A stretch of DNA of 64,000 nt from the NCBI GenBank assembly GCA_041686235.1, contig JAWLED010000001.1, positions 34,524 through 98,523 on the forward strand, in the 5' to 3' direction. The notes under the pieces were generated by a model that saw only the letters and a list, made by a program, of their open reading frames with translations, did not search any database and was not told the DNA's origin. Positions 27,264 through 37,056 of this stretch are shown piece by piece; the first letter of the stretch is position 1; every line of letters starts with the position of its first letter. The translations under genes were made by a program, and so were the position numbers. The stretch comes from Spirochaetia bacterium (lineage in GTDB: Bacteria; Spirochaetota; Spirochaetia; DSM-27196; PWMO01).

Positions 27264-28325
27264 TTATTCGAGCCGCTTCACCGAGCTCCGCACCGCGATT
27301 TGACAGGGCAAAACGACTTTGGAGACATCCTCTTCCTGGTCTTCTCCGTCCATGACCCGGCGCAATAGCAATGACACGGCCGCGGACCCCATTCCCGAGG
27401 CGGGAAGGGCCATCGTAGTGAGGGGAGGATTGAGATAGCGCGAGAGATAGTCGTCGTCGTAGCCGACTAGGGAAATATCGTCCGGCACGCTCAGACCGGC
27501 ATCCGCCACGGCGCGCATGGCACCGTAGGCAATTACGTCGTTACCTGCAAAAACGGCCGTCGGCCGCGGCCGTGCCTCGAGGATGCCACTCATAGCCTCG
27601 TAGCCGCTGTGCTCCGAAAAATCTCCGTAGGCGATCCACTCCTCGCGAGCGGGAAGATCGGCACTTGAAAGTGCGTCGTGAAAGCCTTCGATCCGCATGC
27701 GCGAGGCGGAGAACACCGTCGAAGCATGGGTAATCATACCGATATCTCGATGTCCGACTTCGATGAGATATCGTACCATTTCATGCGCACTCCCACGATT
27801 ATCAACGTAGACCTGGTCAATGGGCAGATCCGGCAAGTGATCCATGGTTACCGCCGGGAAACCGGCTTCGACGACCTCCGTGAGTGCCGGGTCGTCGTCG
27901 TGCGCGTTTATGAGCACGATCCCCTCCACCTCGTCGCGCTTCGCAAGCTCGAGATAGCTCTCTTCGTACAGGGTAACCGGATGAATCACCAGTCTGACCC
28001 GATGGCGGTTAACCGCCTGGGCCATTCCCTCCACCACTCGGCTGATAAACGCGTCGGAATACACATACTGCGAATGACAAATGAACAGTCCTACGGCGTG
28101 ATGGCGGGCTAAGGCAATGCGCCGCGCCTCCTGGTCGGGGATGTAGCCCAGGTACTGCGCCGCCGACAGCACCCGTTGACGGGTGGCTTCGGTTATGTTC
28201 TTTCCCGGCGTATTATTGACGACAAACGACACCGTCGTGCGAGAAACGCCTGCTTCCGCTGCGACGTCCGCCGCAGAAACGCGCTTGCGTTTTCGCCGCC
28301 GTCCATCCCCTGTTGATTCACCCAT
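27264..28325 (-). CDS. LacI-family transcriptional regulator
   Basis: VSAADVAAEAGVSRTTVSFVVNN HTH plus a periplasmic-binding-like sugar domain. Confidence 0.9.
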   Translation of the reverse strand: MGESTGDGRRRKRKRVSAADVAAEAGVSRTTVSFVVNNTPGKNITEATRQRVLSAAQYLGYIPDQEARRIALARHHAVGLFICHSQYVYSDAFISRVVEGMAQAVNRHRVRLVIHPVTLYEESYLELAKRDEVEGIVLINAHDDDPALTEVVEAGFPAVTMDHLPDLPIDQVYVDNRGSAHEMVRYLIEVGHRDIGMITHASTVFSASRMRIEGFHDALSSADLPAREEWIAYGDFSEHSGYEAMSGILEARPRPTAVFAGNDVIAYGAMRAVADAGLSVPDDISLVGYDDDYLSRYLNPPLTTMALPASGMGSAAVSLLLRRVMDGEDQEEDVSKVVLPCQIAVRSSVKRLE

Positions 28326-28356
28326 ATCTTATGGTCGGTTCCGCACCGTGTGCACG

Positions 28357-28382
28357 AAACGGGGCGCCGCAGCGCCCCGTTT
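28357..28382 (-). terminator. GC-rich hairpin downstream of the ABC permease operon
   Basis: AAACGGGGCGC-CGCA-GCGCCCCGTTT is a perfect 11-bp stem, 11 nt after the permease stop. Confidence 0.5.
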
Positions 28383-28392
28383 GATCTGTAAT

Positions 28393-29364
28393 CTATCCCT
28401 TTACCGAGCCGGCCATCATGCCTCGGACGAAGTACCGCTGAAGTGAGAAGAACACGATCAACGGCATGACCATCGTCAGGAAGGCGCCGGCGGTTAGCAC
28501 GTGCCAGTCCTGTCCGCGTGACCCGACCAGCTCGGCCAGCCGCGCGGTCAGCACGCCCTTAGACGGCTGCGTACCGAGGAAGACCAATGCCACCAGGAGG
28601 TCGTTCCAAACCCAGAGGAACTGGAAGATGGCAAACGAGGCAACCGCCGGTACCGAGAGCGGCAAAACCAGTCTCGTAAACATGAGCCACGGCGTCGCGC
28701 CGTCCGCGTGCGCCGACTCGATGATCGATTTGGGTATGCTCGAGACATACCCGTAGAGTATGTAGGTTGCCAACGGCAATCCGAATCCGGTATGTGCCAA
28801 CCAGATACCGAGAAACGTCCCGTTAAGCTGCGCACGCGTGTAGAGGCTGAGTATGGGGATCAAGGCGGTTTGCAGCGGCACAACGAGCAATCCCACGATG
28901 GCCACGAACAGTACCGTCCGCCCCGGAAAGCTCATCCACGCGATGGCATATGCGCCGAACGCCGCAATCGTTATGGGAATGACGGTAGCCGGGAGGGTGA
29001 CCAATAGGCTGTTCAAGAAGGCCGTACCCATCTGGTCGGCAAAGATTACCTGTTCGTAGTTCGCCAGGGTGAACACCGACGAGAACGGGTCGGTAAACAC
29101 CGTCCACCATCCGGAGTTGGCAATTGCACTTCGCGGGCGAAACGAGCTCACGAAGAGCCCCAACGTCGGCAAGGTCCAGATTATCGTGACGACCACGAGA
29201 AACAACCGCATCGGCACACCGCCGAACACCCGCTTGAACTTCTTCTTCTGAGCCAGACGTTTGTTGGTGGCCAGTTCGAGGCGATACTTCTCGGCTTCCT
29301 GTGCAGAGAGTGCGGAGTTACCCAGGTCCTGTTCTTGTGTATTCTGTGTAGTATTGTCGCTCAT
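28393..29364 (-). CDS. Carbohydrate ABC transporter permease (MalG-like)
   Basis: 6 TM helices and EAA loop ESAHADGATPWLMFTRLVLP. Confidence 0.9.
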   Translation of the reverse strand: MSDNTTQNTQEQDLGNSALSAQEAEKYRLELATNKRLAQKKKFKRVFGGVPMRLFLVVVTIIWTLPTLGLFVSSFRPRSAIANSGWWTVFTDPFSSVFTLANYEQVIFADQMGTAFLNSLLVTLPATVIPITIAAFGAYAIAWMSFPGRTVLFVAIVGLLVVPLQTALIPILSLYTRAQLNGTFLGIWLAHTGFGLPLATYILYGYVSSIPKSIIESAHADGATPWLMFTRLVLPLSVPAVASFAIFQFLWVWNDLLVALVFLGTQPSKGVLTARLAELVGSRGQDWHVLTAGAFLTMVMPLIVFFSLQRYFVRGMMAGSVKG

Positions 29365-29368
29365 TCCG

Positions 29369-30475
29369 CTACCTCCTCTTCTCCTGCATAGAGCGTACGT
29401 TCTGGACCATGAACGGAATCACGACGACGAAGAGGAACACCGCCAGTGCCGCTCCCCGACCAAAGTTCCGGAATATGAACGCCTCCTGATAGAACCGCGA
29501 CGCAACGATTCCGGTGTCGAAGCGGCCGCTGGTCATGACGTACACGATATCGAATATTTTCAACACCAAGAACAGGATGGTGGTCCATACCGTGAGGATC
29601 GTTCCGCTGATATAGGGAACCGTTACACTGAAGAACGCCCGAACCTCTCCGGCCCCGTCGATACGGGCAGCTTCGAGAAGGTCATTCGGCACACCCTTTA
29701 CCGACGCCGATAGTATAACCATCGCAAACCCCGTCTGCAGCCAAACCATGATGAACAGGAGGAAAAAGTTGTTCCACGGCCTGAGAATCAGCCACGCTAC
29801 GGGGTCCCCACCCAACGCGGTAACTATCGCGTTCAGCAACCCGATTTGTTCAGAACCAGGAGGCTGATAGTAATAAACGAAGCGCCAAATAACGCTCGCT
29901 CCGACGAACGAAATCGCCAATGGAAGGAAAATCAACGACTTGGTGATTTTTTCCATCGTCTCGGAAAGCCGGTCGGTCATAACCGCAATGAGAAGCCCGA
30001 GTGAAACCGCCACCACCGGCACGAAGACGACCCACATCAGCGTGTTTCGCAACACAATGAGCATCCCCGGGTCCGTGAAGATGAACACGTAATTTCGGAT
30101 GCCCACGAACTCGGTGCCCGTGCGGTTTAGAAGACTAATGTAGAGGGTATTGAGCGCCGGAAATACGATGTAGATCGCAAGCATCAACACCGCCGGCCCC
30201 GCAAACACCAAGGGCCGTAACTTCACACGCACTTGTTCACCAAGGGATTCTACGAAGAAATTCAATGAAGCCAGAAGGGCCCATATGCCTCCGATACCCA
30301 GCACAAGGGCAGCAATTGCAATTACCAGCTTTGAAACATCGGCGTCTCGCATAAAGAAAAAGCCCTGAACGATGGCGACTATCACCGCGATGAGGGCTGC
30401 GAGCGAGACAATCCTTTTCCCGTGTCGAGAGGTCAAAAAACCTCCTAATCCTGCGTTGTCAACTGTACTACTCAT
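29369..30475 (-). CDS. Carbohydrate ABC transporter permease (MalF-like)
   Basis: EAA loop EAARIDGAGEVRAFFSVTVP. ATG 30475 has a GGGAG RBS; the track start is 30568. Confidence 0.9.
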   Translation of the reverse strand: MSSTVDNAGLGGFLTSRHGKRIVSLAALIAVIVAIVQGFFFMRDADVSKLVIAIAALVLGIGGIWALLASLNFFVESLGEQVRVKLRPLVFAGPAVLMLAIYIVFPALNTLYISLLNRTGTEFVGIRNYVFIFTDPGMLIVLRNTLMWVVFVPVVAVSLGLLIAVMTDRLSETMEKITKSLIFLPLAISFVGASVIWRFVYYYQPPGSEQIGLLNAIVTALGGDPVAWLILRPWNNFFLLFIMVWLQTGFAMVILSASVKGVPNDLLEAARIDGAGEVRAFFSVTVPYISGTILTVWTTILFLVLKIFDIVYVMTSGRFDTGIVASRFYQEAFIFRNFGRGAALAVFLFVVVIPFMVQNVRSMQEKRR

Positions 30476-30574
30476 AGCAGCTCCCGCCTTGCCGCATATT
30501 GGTCCCTGACTCGCAACCAAGCTACAGGGAAACGCAAAAGAGCCGGCACGGCTAAGCCGTGCCGGCACACGTTG

Positions 30575-31951
30575 TTACTCTGATTCGGGCCAAGAATCAT
30601 CGATATTCTGCAGCACCGTCTCGAGATCCGATCCGCTTACCCAGTTAGTCATAGCGGTCCAAAAAGAACCGGTGCCTACTTCGCCCGGCATCAAGTCGGA
30701 GCCGTCGAAACGGACCGTGTCCGCGTCGGCCAAGATCTCCGCGTAGCCTCGGGAGAACTCGTCGGGATACCAATCGAGCTCCGCGTCATTATGCGGAGAT
30801 ACCATGGTTCCCTCCTCGACCCACTCTTTGGTGGAACGGCCCTGGCTGAGATACCGCATTACCGCCCGCGTTTCGGGAGTATCGGTCATCGGGCTTACGA
30901 TATCTCCGGCGGTCAGTACCGGTTTTCCCTCCTCCTCGTCGATCGGCGGGAGGTAGAAATAGCGCATGTCCTCGCCGAGCTCGATATCTTCGGGGAAGAA
31001 CCCCACGATGAAGCTGGCCTGCCGGTGAAGCCATGCCTCCGGGGGATCCTGTGCGAGTGCATTCGGGCCGTCGCCGAACGGTACGGTCAGGATCGAGTTG
31101 GTTCCGCCGAGCACGTAGTCGTCGTTAAACCAGATCTCTTCCATGATGCTTGCTGCGCGCTTGACCTCTTCGGAGTTGAAGGCAAGCTCCCCTTCGACCC
31201 AGGCGTCGTATTTCTCCGGCTCGACGGTGCGAAGCATTATGTCTTCCATCCAGTCCGTTGCAACCCAGCCGGTCGCACCGGAGCTTTCCATGGCTATACT
31301 CCACGGCGTCTCCCCGTCGGCGACCATATCATCGGATAGCGCGAGCATTTCGTCCCACGTTTCGGGTTCTTCGTAGCCGGCTTCTTCGAACTCCGGGTGC
31401 GGATACCATACGAGGCTCTTTACGCTCGCCCGATACCAGACGCCGGCCAGTTGGCCTTCGTAGGTTCCCATTTCCAGCCAACTCTCGTCGTATTGCTCTT
31501 CGAGATAGTCCTGATCGAACCACTCGCCGAGATCTTCGATGTGGCCACGCTCGACCATGTCATACATGAGTCCCGGCTGCGCGAACGCCGCGATATCGGG
31601 TGGATCACCGCCCTCGGTGCGAACGGAGATGAGCGATTCGAAGTCTCCCGAGCCTTCGTAGTCGACCTCGATGCCCGTCTGCTCTTCGAAGTGCTCCATG
31701 CTTGCTTCGAAGTTTTCGGCATCGTCGTCCACGAATGCACCGAAAACGTTCACGGTTCGCCCCGAGAGGTCCTCGCCGTCCGTCCACGGGTTGTCGGTGG
31801 GAGCTGCAGCATCAACCTCCTGCTCTTCCGACTCCTGTTCCTCTGCCTCTTGATCACCGTCCTCGCCATCGCCGCAACCGGCGAGCACGAGCGTCATGCT
31901 CAGAAGCAAAACGACCAGCGCCGTGAGCGCCGGCTTTGCAAACCTTCTCAT
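30575..31951 (-). CDS. ABC transporter extracellular solute-binding lipoprotein (family 1, sugar type)
   Basis: AGGAGG RBS before ATG 31951. MRRFAKPALTALVVLLLSMTLVLAGCG contains a lipobox. The mature protein is highly acidic. Confidence 0.9.
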   Translation of the reverse strand: MRRFAKPALTALVVLLLSMTLVLAGCGDGEDGDQEAEEQESEEQEVDAAAPTDNPWTDGEDLSGRTVNVFGAFVDDDAENFEASMEHFEEQTGIEVDYEGSGDFESLISVRTEGGDPPDIAAFAQPGLMYDMVERGHIEDLGEWFDQDYLEEQYDESWLEMGTYEGQLAGVWYRASVKSLVWYPHPEFEEAGYEEPETWDEMLALSDDMVADGETPWSIAMESSGATGWVATDWMEDIMLRTVEPEKYDAWVEGELAFNSEEVKRAASIMEEIWFNDDYVLGGTNSILTVPFGDGPNALAQDPPEAWLHRQASFIVGFFPEDIELGEDMRYFYLPPIDEEEGKPVLTAGDIVSPMTDTPETRAVMRYLSQGRSTKEWVEEGTMVSPHNDAELDWYPDEFSRGYAEILADADTVRFDGSDLMPGEVGTGSFWTAMTNWVSGSDLETVLQNIDDSWPESE

Positions 31952-32129
31952 GTCGTTCCTCCTCTTTCTGTATTCTCCGCGAACGTCCACCTCTTCGGTA
32001 CCCGACGCCCACGATTCTTAGAGAGCCGTAGCCCTTCCGCGTTACTAACGACCAGTGTAAACCGCATCATGAGGAAACGCAACAGCAAATTCCCCGACGT
32101 GAAGCGCGGTTCTCGCGGCATATACGTTG

Positions 32130-32158
32130 TTGAAACTTCGCTGACTCTGTGGGACAAT
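32130..32158 (+). promoter_or_regulatory. Possible sigma70-like promoter for ackA
   Basis: TTGAAA (32130-32135), 17 nt, GACAAT (32153-32158). The -10 element is weak. Confidence 0.3.
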
Positions 32159-32210
32159 AGAAGCCGACAAATCCTCAATACGTCGTAACATCAGTAATCC
32201 GGAGGCGGTA

Positions 32211-33584
32211 ATGGTCATTTTGACGCTCAACTGCGGAAGCTCGTCTGTCAAATATCAACTCTATGATTGGAACGCCAAAGAATCGATCGCCGGTGGCACG
32301 GTTGAGCGTGTTACACAAGACGGCTCGGCCATTACGCACAAAGTAAACGGTAAGGACGAATACAAGAAAGAGCATGCATGTCCGGATCACCAGGAAGCCA
32401 TAGAGCTCATCATGGAAACGCTGGTACACGAAGAGTACGGCGCGGTGTCGGACATCAAAGAAATTAAGGCTGTCGGCCATCGTGTTGTTCACGGTGGGGA
32501 GAAGTTCGCCAAATCGGTTATCGTAGACGACGAGGTAATCGAGACATTCCGTGAGATCCAGAGCCTTGCCCCACTGCATAACCCGGTCAACATCACCGGG
32601 ATAGAGGCCGCCCGTGCCGCGCTCCCCGACGTTCCGCATTGTGCAATCATGGATACGGCATGGCACCAAACTATGCCCAAGCGCAGCTACCTCTACGCCC
32701 TGCCCTACGATTGGTACCGTACACACGGCGTGAGGCGTTACGGCTTCCACGGCACCTCGTTTCTCTATACGGCAAAACGCGCCGCCGTGCTTCTCGGCAA
32801 AGACCCCTTCGAAACCAACCTCATCATTGCCCACGTGGGCAACGGCGCAAGCATAGATGCCGTGGAAAACGGCGTTTCGGTCGACACCTCGATGGGGCTG
32901 ACTCCGCTCGAAGGGCTCGTCATGGGCACACGTTCGGGCGACATCGATCCCGCCATTCCCTTTCACATGATGAATGTCGGCGACATGCAGCCCGAGGATA
33001 TTGAGCGCACCCTTAACAAGAAAAGCGGCGTTCTCGGCATTACCGAGCAGTACGTGGACCGCAGAGATATCCAGGAGGCGGCGGAAAACGGCGATGAGCT
33101 TTCACAGCTGGCGGTGGAAATAGAGGCGTATCGCCTCAAAAAGTACATCGGCGCCTACGCGGCTGCGCTGCAGCGAGTCGACGCTATTGTGTTTACCGCG
33201 GGGGTGGGAGAACGTGGCCCGCTCATCCGCGAAAAGGCCGTCGAAGGGCTGGAATTCATGGGTATCGAGCTCGACAAACACCGCAACGCGATCTCAAAAA
33301 CCAAGAACGCCGAAACCATTATTTCGACCGACGACTCGCCGACAAAGATCTTCGTAATACCGACCGACGAAGAGTTGGTTATGACCGAAGATACGCACGC
33401 GCTGATGCAAGGCACCTACGACGTGCATACGCGCTTTACGTACTCGTTTCAGGACCCAAACTATTTGAACAAAGAACGCGAGGGCTGTGTCGACAAGGAC
33501 ATCGACGAGTTGGAAGGATTGGAAGACATTCTGGCGATGGACCGCATCCCATCCCGCCCCGCTTCGACCGAAGAGTGCGACTGA
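32211..33584 (+). CDS. ackA: Acetate kinase (with ~45-aa C-terminal extension)
   Basis: [37 protein letters not shown] and [18 protein letters not shown]. Confidence 0.95.
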   Translation: MVILTLNCGSSSVKYQLYDWNAKESIAGGTVERVTQDGSAITHKVNGKDEYKKEHACPDHQEAIELIMETLVHEEYGAVSDIKEIKAVGHRVVHGGEKFAKSVIVDDEVIETFREIQSLAPLHNPVNITGIEAARAALPDVPHCAIMDTAWHQTMPKRSYLYALPYDWYRTHGVRRYGFHGTSFLYTAKRAAVLLGKDPFETNLIIAHVGNGASIDAVENGVSVDTSMGLTPLEGLVMGTRSGDIDPAIPFHMMNVGDMQPEDIERTLNKKSGVLGITEQYVDRRDIQEAAENGDELSQLAVEIEAYRLKKYIGAYAAALQRVDAIVFTAGVGERGPLIREKAVEGLEFMGIELDKHRNAISKTKNAETIISTDDSPTKIFVIPTDEELVMTEDTHALMQGTYDVHTRFTYSFQDPNYLNKEREGCVDKDIDELEGLEDILAMDRIPSRPASTEECD

Positions 33585-33736
33585 TCATGCGGGCCACGCC
33601 GGCGACGAGCTCACACGCCGACGGGTACCGACGGGCCTGGTACAATGGTGCCGGGCTCGCTGTTTCTCTGAAACCCGGCATAACCCGGCCGCCATATCTC
33701 CGACAGGTATTACTCTAACAGCTACTCCGCCGGCAG

Positions 33737-33964
33737 CTATTCCGCCGGAGCCGATTCGGCTTCTTTTTTCTTCTCTTTGTCCGCCTCTCGACGCTTGGCG
33801 TTTTCGAGCGTTGCTTTGGCGGTCTTGGATATCATGACTTTTTTGCCGTCAATCTCGTGTTCATAGAGGAGCTTTACGCCGGTTTTGCCGGTGATGGGGC
33901 ATTTGCCACGTGCGGCATTTTTCTGTTCTTCTTTTAAGTTGCGTCCTCGGTTGGACTTCGACAT
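33737..33964 (-). CDS. Small basic protein (75 aa), unknown function
   Basis: AAGGAG RBS before ATG 33964. MSKSNRGRNLKEEQKNAARGKCPITGKTGVKLLYEHEIDGKKVMISKTAKA...KEKKKEAESAPAE. The track's 147-aa form (to 34180) runs through the predicted promoter. Confidence 0.5.
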   Translation of the reverse strand: MSKSNRGRNLKEEQKNAARGKCPITGKTGVKLLYEHEIDGKKVMISKTAKATLENAKRREADKEKKKEAESAPAE

Positions 33965-34009
33965 GTGTATCTCCTTATACAGGGTTTGGCCTTCTGTCGG
34001 GGAGGCTGA

Positions 34010-34039
34010 AATATAGCAGACCTCCGATCTGCAGGTCAA
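34010..34039 (-). promoter_or_regulatory. Sigma70-like promoter for the small basic protein gene
   Basis: On the minus strand: TTGACC (34039-34034), 18 nt, TATATT (34015-34010). Confidence 0.4.
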
Positions 34040-34073
34040 CTCCCACGAACGCTCGCGCCAACTGCGGCGCCCC

Positions 34074-34119
34074 CTCAACAATACAACAGGAGCCCGACCA
34101 CCGCCGGCGGCCGGGCTCC
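34074..34119 (-). terminator. Terminator-like hairpin downstream of the OmpA-family gene
   Basis: Minus-strand RNA GGAGCCCG...CGGGCUCC (8-bp stem, 34119-34089) is followed by UGUUGUAUUGUUG. A second 12-bp hairpin with a CUCG loop lies at 34155-34182. Confidence 0.45.
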
Positions 34120-34206
34120 CATACGTAGTACCTTTTCGTATGTTTACCGCACCCGAGTGCAGGCATCGAGATGCCCGCACTCAACGCGCGGCGCGGCGTC
34201 CCATAC

Positions 34207-36816
34207 TCATCTCTCGAGTATGAACTGGACCCGCCTGTTCTTCCAGACCATATCCTTGTCTTCGAAGGGTTCGATCGGTCGTGCACCGCCGACCCCCTCG
34301 ACCTCCATTCGGTCTCTATCGATCCCGAGAATGATCAGCGCTTCCTTCACTTCCTGGGCGCGATTTCGAGAAAGCGGGATCAACGTTTCGTTTTGCTCCT
34401 CTTCCATCGCCTCATCGTCCCAGTAGATGATGTGGTTGGCATGGCCTTCCACCAGTATGTCGTAATCGGGATAGCGGTCGAGCACCGTCGCAAGACGCCG
34501 GAGGGTGCTGAAGTTCTCGTCCTGTTTTTCCTCTTCGATCTCGAAGAGATCCGCACTGAACGCGGCAAAGTGGATGCCCGGAAGACGGATGACGAGCCTG
34601 CCGTCCTCTTCGCTGACCAAGATGTCGGTCCGCACGGTTCTCTCGACCTCCGCCTCATTGCCTTCATTGTCCACGACCCTGAACACGGCTTCGTAGTCGA
34701 CGGCGGACTGCACGAGCTCTCCGTCTTCTGCTTCTCCGTCCCAGGTAAGCTCTTCAGGTGGATCGCCTTCTCCGCTCCAGCTCATAAACCCGTTTGTCTC
34801 CGGGTCGAATATCTCGACCGACCACCGGTCAATCGGCAATTCACTGTCGGCGCTGAGCTCCATGGTTAGGGTCTCGTTTCTCCCGTCTCCGTCGGGCGAG
34901 AACGGCAGCGGTCCAACGCTCATGTCGACCTGCAGTTCTCCCGGTTCCGGCTCCGGTTCCGTGCGATCCACGAAAATCGGGCCCACTCCGGTAATCTGCG
35001 GGCGGTTTCCGTTGTAGTAGATGATTTGGAAGTCCACCGTGTACTCGCCCTCGGGTACCAGGCGGTCGAAGTTGTTTTCCCCGGCCCATTCGAACTCTTC
35101 GAACGGCTCGTTGCGATAGATACTGCGGACGAGCTCGCCGTCTTCGTCCCGGATCTCGAGGTTGAATTCCTCTATGTATTCTTCAACCTCGTATTCGGGG
35201 AGGATCGTCACCGTATCGTCAACGTCGTCCCGGACCGGCGAGAGGGTGTCTCCATCGATGGAAAGATCAATTGGGGCCGCCCGGGTGTCCTTGACCGCAG
35301 TGATTTCGCGGGTGCGACCAACATTTCCGGCGTTGTCTGACGCCTGCAATTGCAAGCTGTACTCTCCATCGGGCACCTCGTTTCCTTCGAGATCGGTACC
35401 GTCCCATTCGACCTCGATCTCGGGGCCCTCAAAGCCCTGGTCCGCGAGGTCGACCTCGATGTCTTGCTCGCCGGGATTGCCGATAATAGCGGTCCACTCA
35501 ACCTCCGTATCGATCTCGGCCTCGAGCGCGAGCTCGGGCTTTCGCGTTCCGCCGAACACCAACGGCGCGTCCGACGGCGTGCTCTGAGGCTGTGTGTCCA
35601 CAATGAGCCGGGCATCCGGCGCGTCGGTATCAATAACGAACTCTTTTGGTTGCGAGCTAACGGTTATGCCGTTCTCGTACTGCACGAACATCCGCGCCTC
35701 ATACGTCCCGTCCCGCAAGGGCTCGCCTTCTTCGTCCATGCCGTCGAAGCTGCCCTCTTCGGGCACCGGTGCCTCGCCGGTAACCCGACGTACTACCGGG
35801 TTGCGCATACGTGGATCGCGAACTTCCAGTTCCCAGGACGCGACACCTTCGGGCTCGTCGAGACTCACGCTAAACGGTAGCTCGTCTTTTCTTCCGTCTC
35901 CATTCGGCGAAAAGGCTGCATGTTCGTCCTCGACTTCGAGCTGCACGCCGCCCGATTCGAGACTGACGGTGATCTGCCAGTCGGCGGTTTCCTCGGTGCT
36001 GTTACCGGCCCGATCGGTACTTTCCAGCGTGTAGCTATAGGTTCCTTCCGGCACACGTTCTCCGTCTCGCTCATCATCGTCGAGCTTATATGTGCCGTCC
36101 CAGGTGACCGGCGACGGCGGGGAGACGTCTGCCGATCGATTTCTCGGTGTCGAGTTCTCCCACGTGGTGCGCCACACCGCGTTGCCGTCGGAATCGCGTA
36201 TGGTTCCGACCCATTCAACTTCGCGGCTTCCATCCTGCGGGATCGAAGTGCGGTCTCGTTCGCTATCTTCGGTAGGGGCAAAAATGCGGTAGTCGGGCGG
36301 CCCGAGCTCCCTTACTTCCGGAGCCTCGGTATCCACCGTGACGTTGAACGGCGGGGTGCGTGAGACCTCTTCCTGATCGTCGCGCACGAAAAGCTGATAG
36401 GAATAATCGCCGTCCTCGACGAGCTCTCCATCGTTTCCAAGCTCGGAGTCCTTATAGGTGCCGTCCCACGTTAATGTATCGGGGACATCGACACGCGGCT
36501 TTTCCGACCCAAAGAGCCGACCAAAGAACCCCACGCGATCTTCTTCTTCCTGGGTCTCCGTCCATACGACGTTTCCGTCACCGTCGAAGACCGTCAGATT
36601 GTACTCGACAATGACGCTGCCTTCCGATTGGATGACAATCGTGGAAAACGGGAGCTCGAGCTCATCCTGCTCGCCCCCATCCCCGGGAGAGATGTATTGG
36701 CGCGGTTGGGACGGCATATCGAGCTCGGTGGCGTCTTCTTGTTGTCCGGCACCGAACAGCGGTGCCGCAAGAAGCAGCCCCACCCCAAGCAGTAAGAGTG
36801 TTTTTTTCACGTTCAT
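34207..36816 (-). CDS. Large OmpA-family protein with multiple FlgD-Ig-like repeats
   Basis: Signal peptide MNVKKTLLLLGVGLLLAAPLFGAG. At least five modules of the type (T/E)WDG...(D/E)G.Y.Y, e.g. VTWDGTYKLDDDERDGERVPEGTYSYTLESTDRAGN. C-terminal OmpA domain ...ILVEGHANH...NRRVQFILER. Confidence 0.8.
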   Translation of the reverse strand: MNVKKTLLLLGVGLLLAAPLFGAGQQEDATELDMPSQPRQYISPGDGGEQDELELPFSTIVIQSEGSVIVEYNLTVFDGDGNVVWTETQEEEDRVGFFGRLFGSEKPRVDVPDTLTWDGTYKDSELGNDGELVEDGDYSYQLFVRDDQEEVSRTPPFNVTVDTEAPEVRELGPPDYRIFAPTEDSERDRTSIPQDGSREVEWVGTIRDSDGNAVWRTTWENSTPRNRSADVSPPSPVTWDGTYKLDDDERDGERVPEGTYSYTLESTDRAGNSTEETADWQITVSLESGGVQLEVEDEHAAFSPNGDGRKDELPFSVSLDEPEGVASWELEVRDPRMRNPVVRRVTGEAPVPEEGSFDGMDEEGEPLRDGTYEARMFVQYENGITVSSQPKEFVIDTDAPDARLIVDTQPQSTPSDAPLVFGGTRKPELALEAEIDTEVEWTAIIGNPGEQDIEVDLADQGFEGPEIEVEWDGTDLEGNEVPDGEYSLQLQASDNAGNVGRTREITAVKDTRAAPIDLSIDGDTLSPVRDDVDDTVTILPEYEVEEYIEEFNLEIRDEDGELVRSIYRNEPFEEFEWAGENNFDRLVPEGEYTVDFQIIYYNGNRPQITGVGPIFVDRTEPEPEPGELQVDMSVGPLPFSPDGDGRNETLTMELSADSELPIDRWSVEIFDPETNGFMSWSGEGDPPEELTWDGEAEDGELVQSAVDYEAVFRVVDNEGNEAEVERTVRTDILVSEEDGRLVIRLPGIHFAAFSADLFEIEEEKQDENFSTLRRLATVLDRYPDYDILVEGHANHIIYWDDEAMEEEQNETLIPLSRNRAQEVKEALIILGIDRDRMEVEGVGGARPIEPFEDKDMVWKNRRVQFILER

Positions 36817-36839
36817 GCAAATATCCCCCTGTTTCATAT

Positions 36840-36887
36840 GGCAAACCCTTCCAAGAGGTATCTTAACACGACCTCTTCCCGTTTGCC
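36840..36887 (-). promoter_or_regulatory. Two-tier inverted repeat upstream of the OmpA-family gene
   Basis: GGCAAAC(36840-46)/GTTTGCC(36881-87) and AAGAGGT(36853-59)/ACCTCTT(36871-77). The 11-nt centre contains TAAGAT on the minus strand, a possible -10. Confidence 0.3.
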
Positions 36888-37056
36888 AGTCGAGCATTCT
36901 CTAAAGCGAATGCGTACATGGCTCGCATGTTTTCTCTTTCTATAGGTGCGAACCCACGGATAAAGGGTAAAGCCTATTTAGACAGAAAACAAGAAGGAGG
37001 AGCCTCCTCATTCAAGCAGCAGGAACAAAACAGCGGTAGGGTATCGTGTGGATGCA

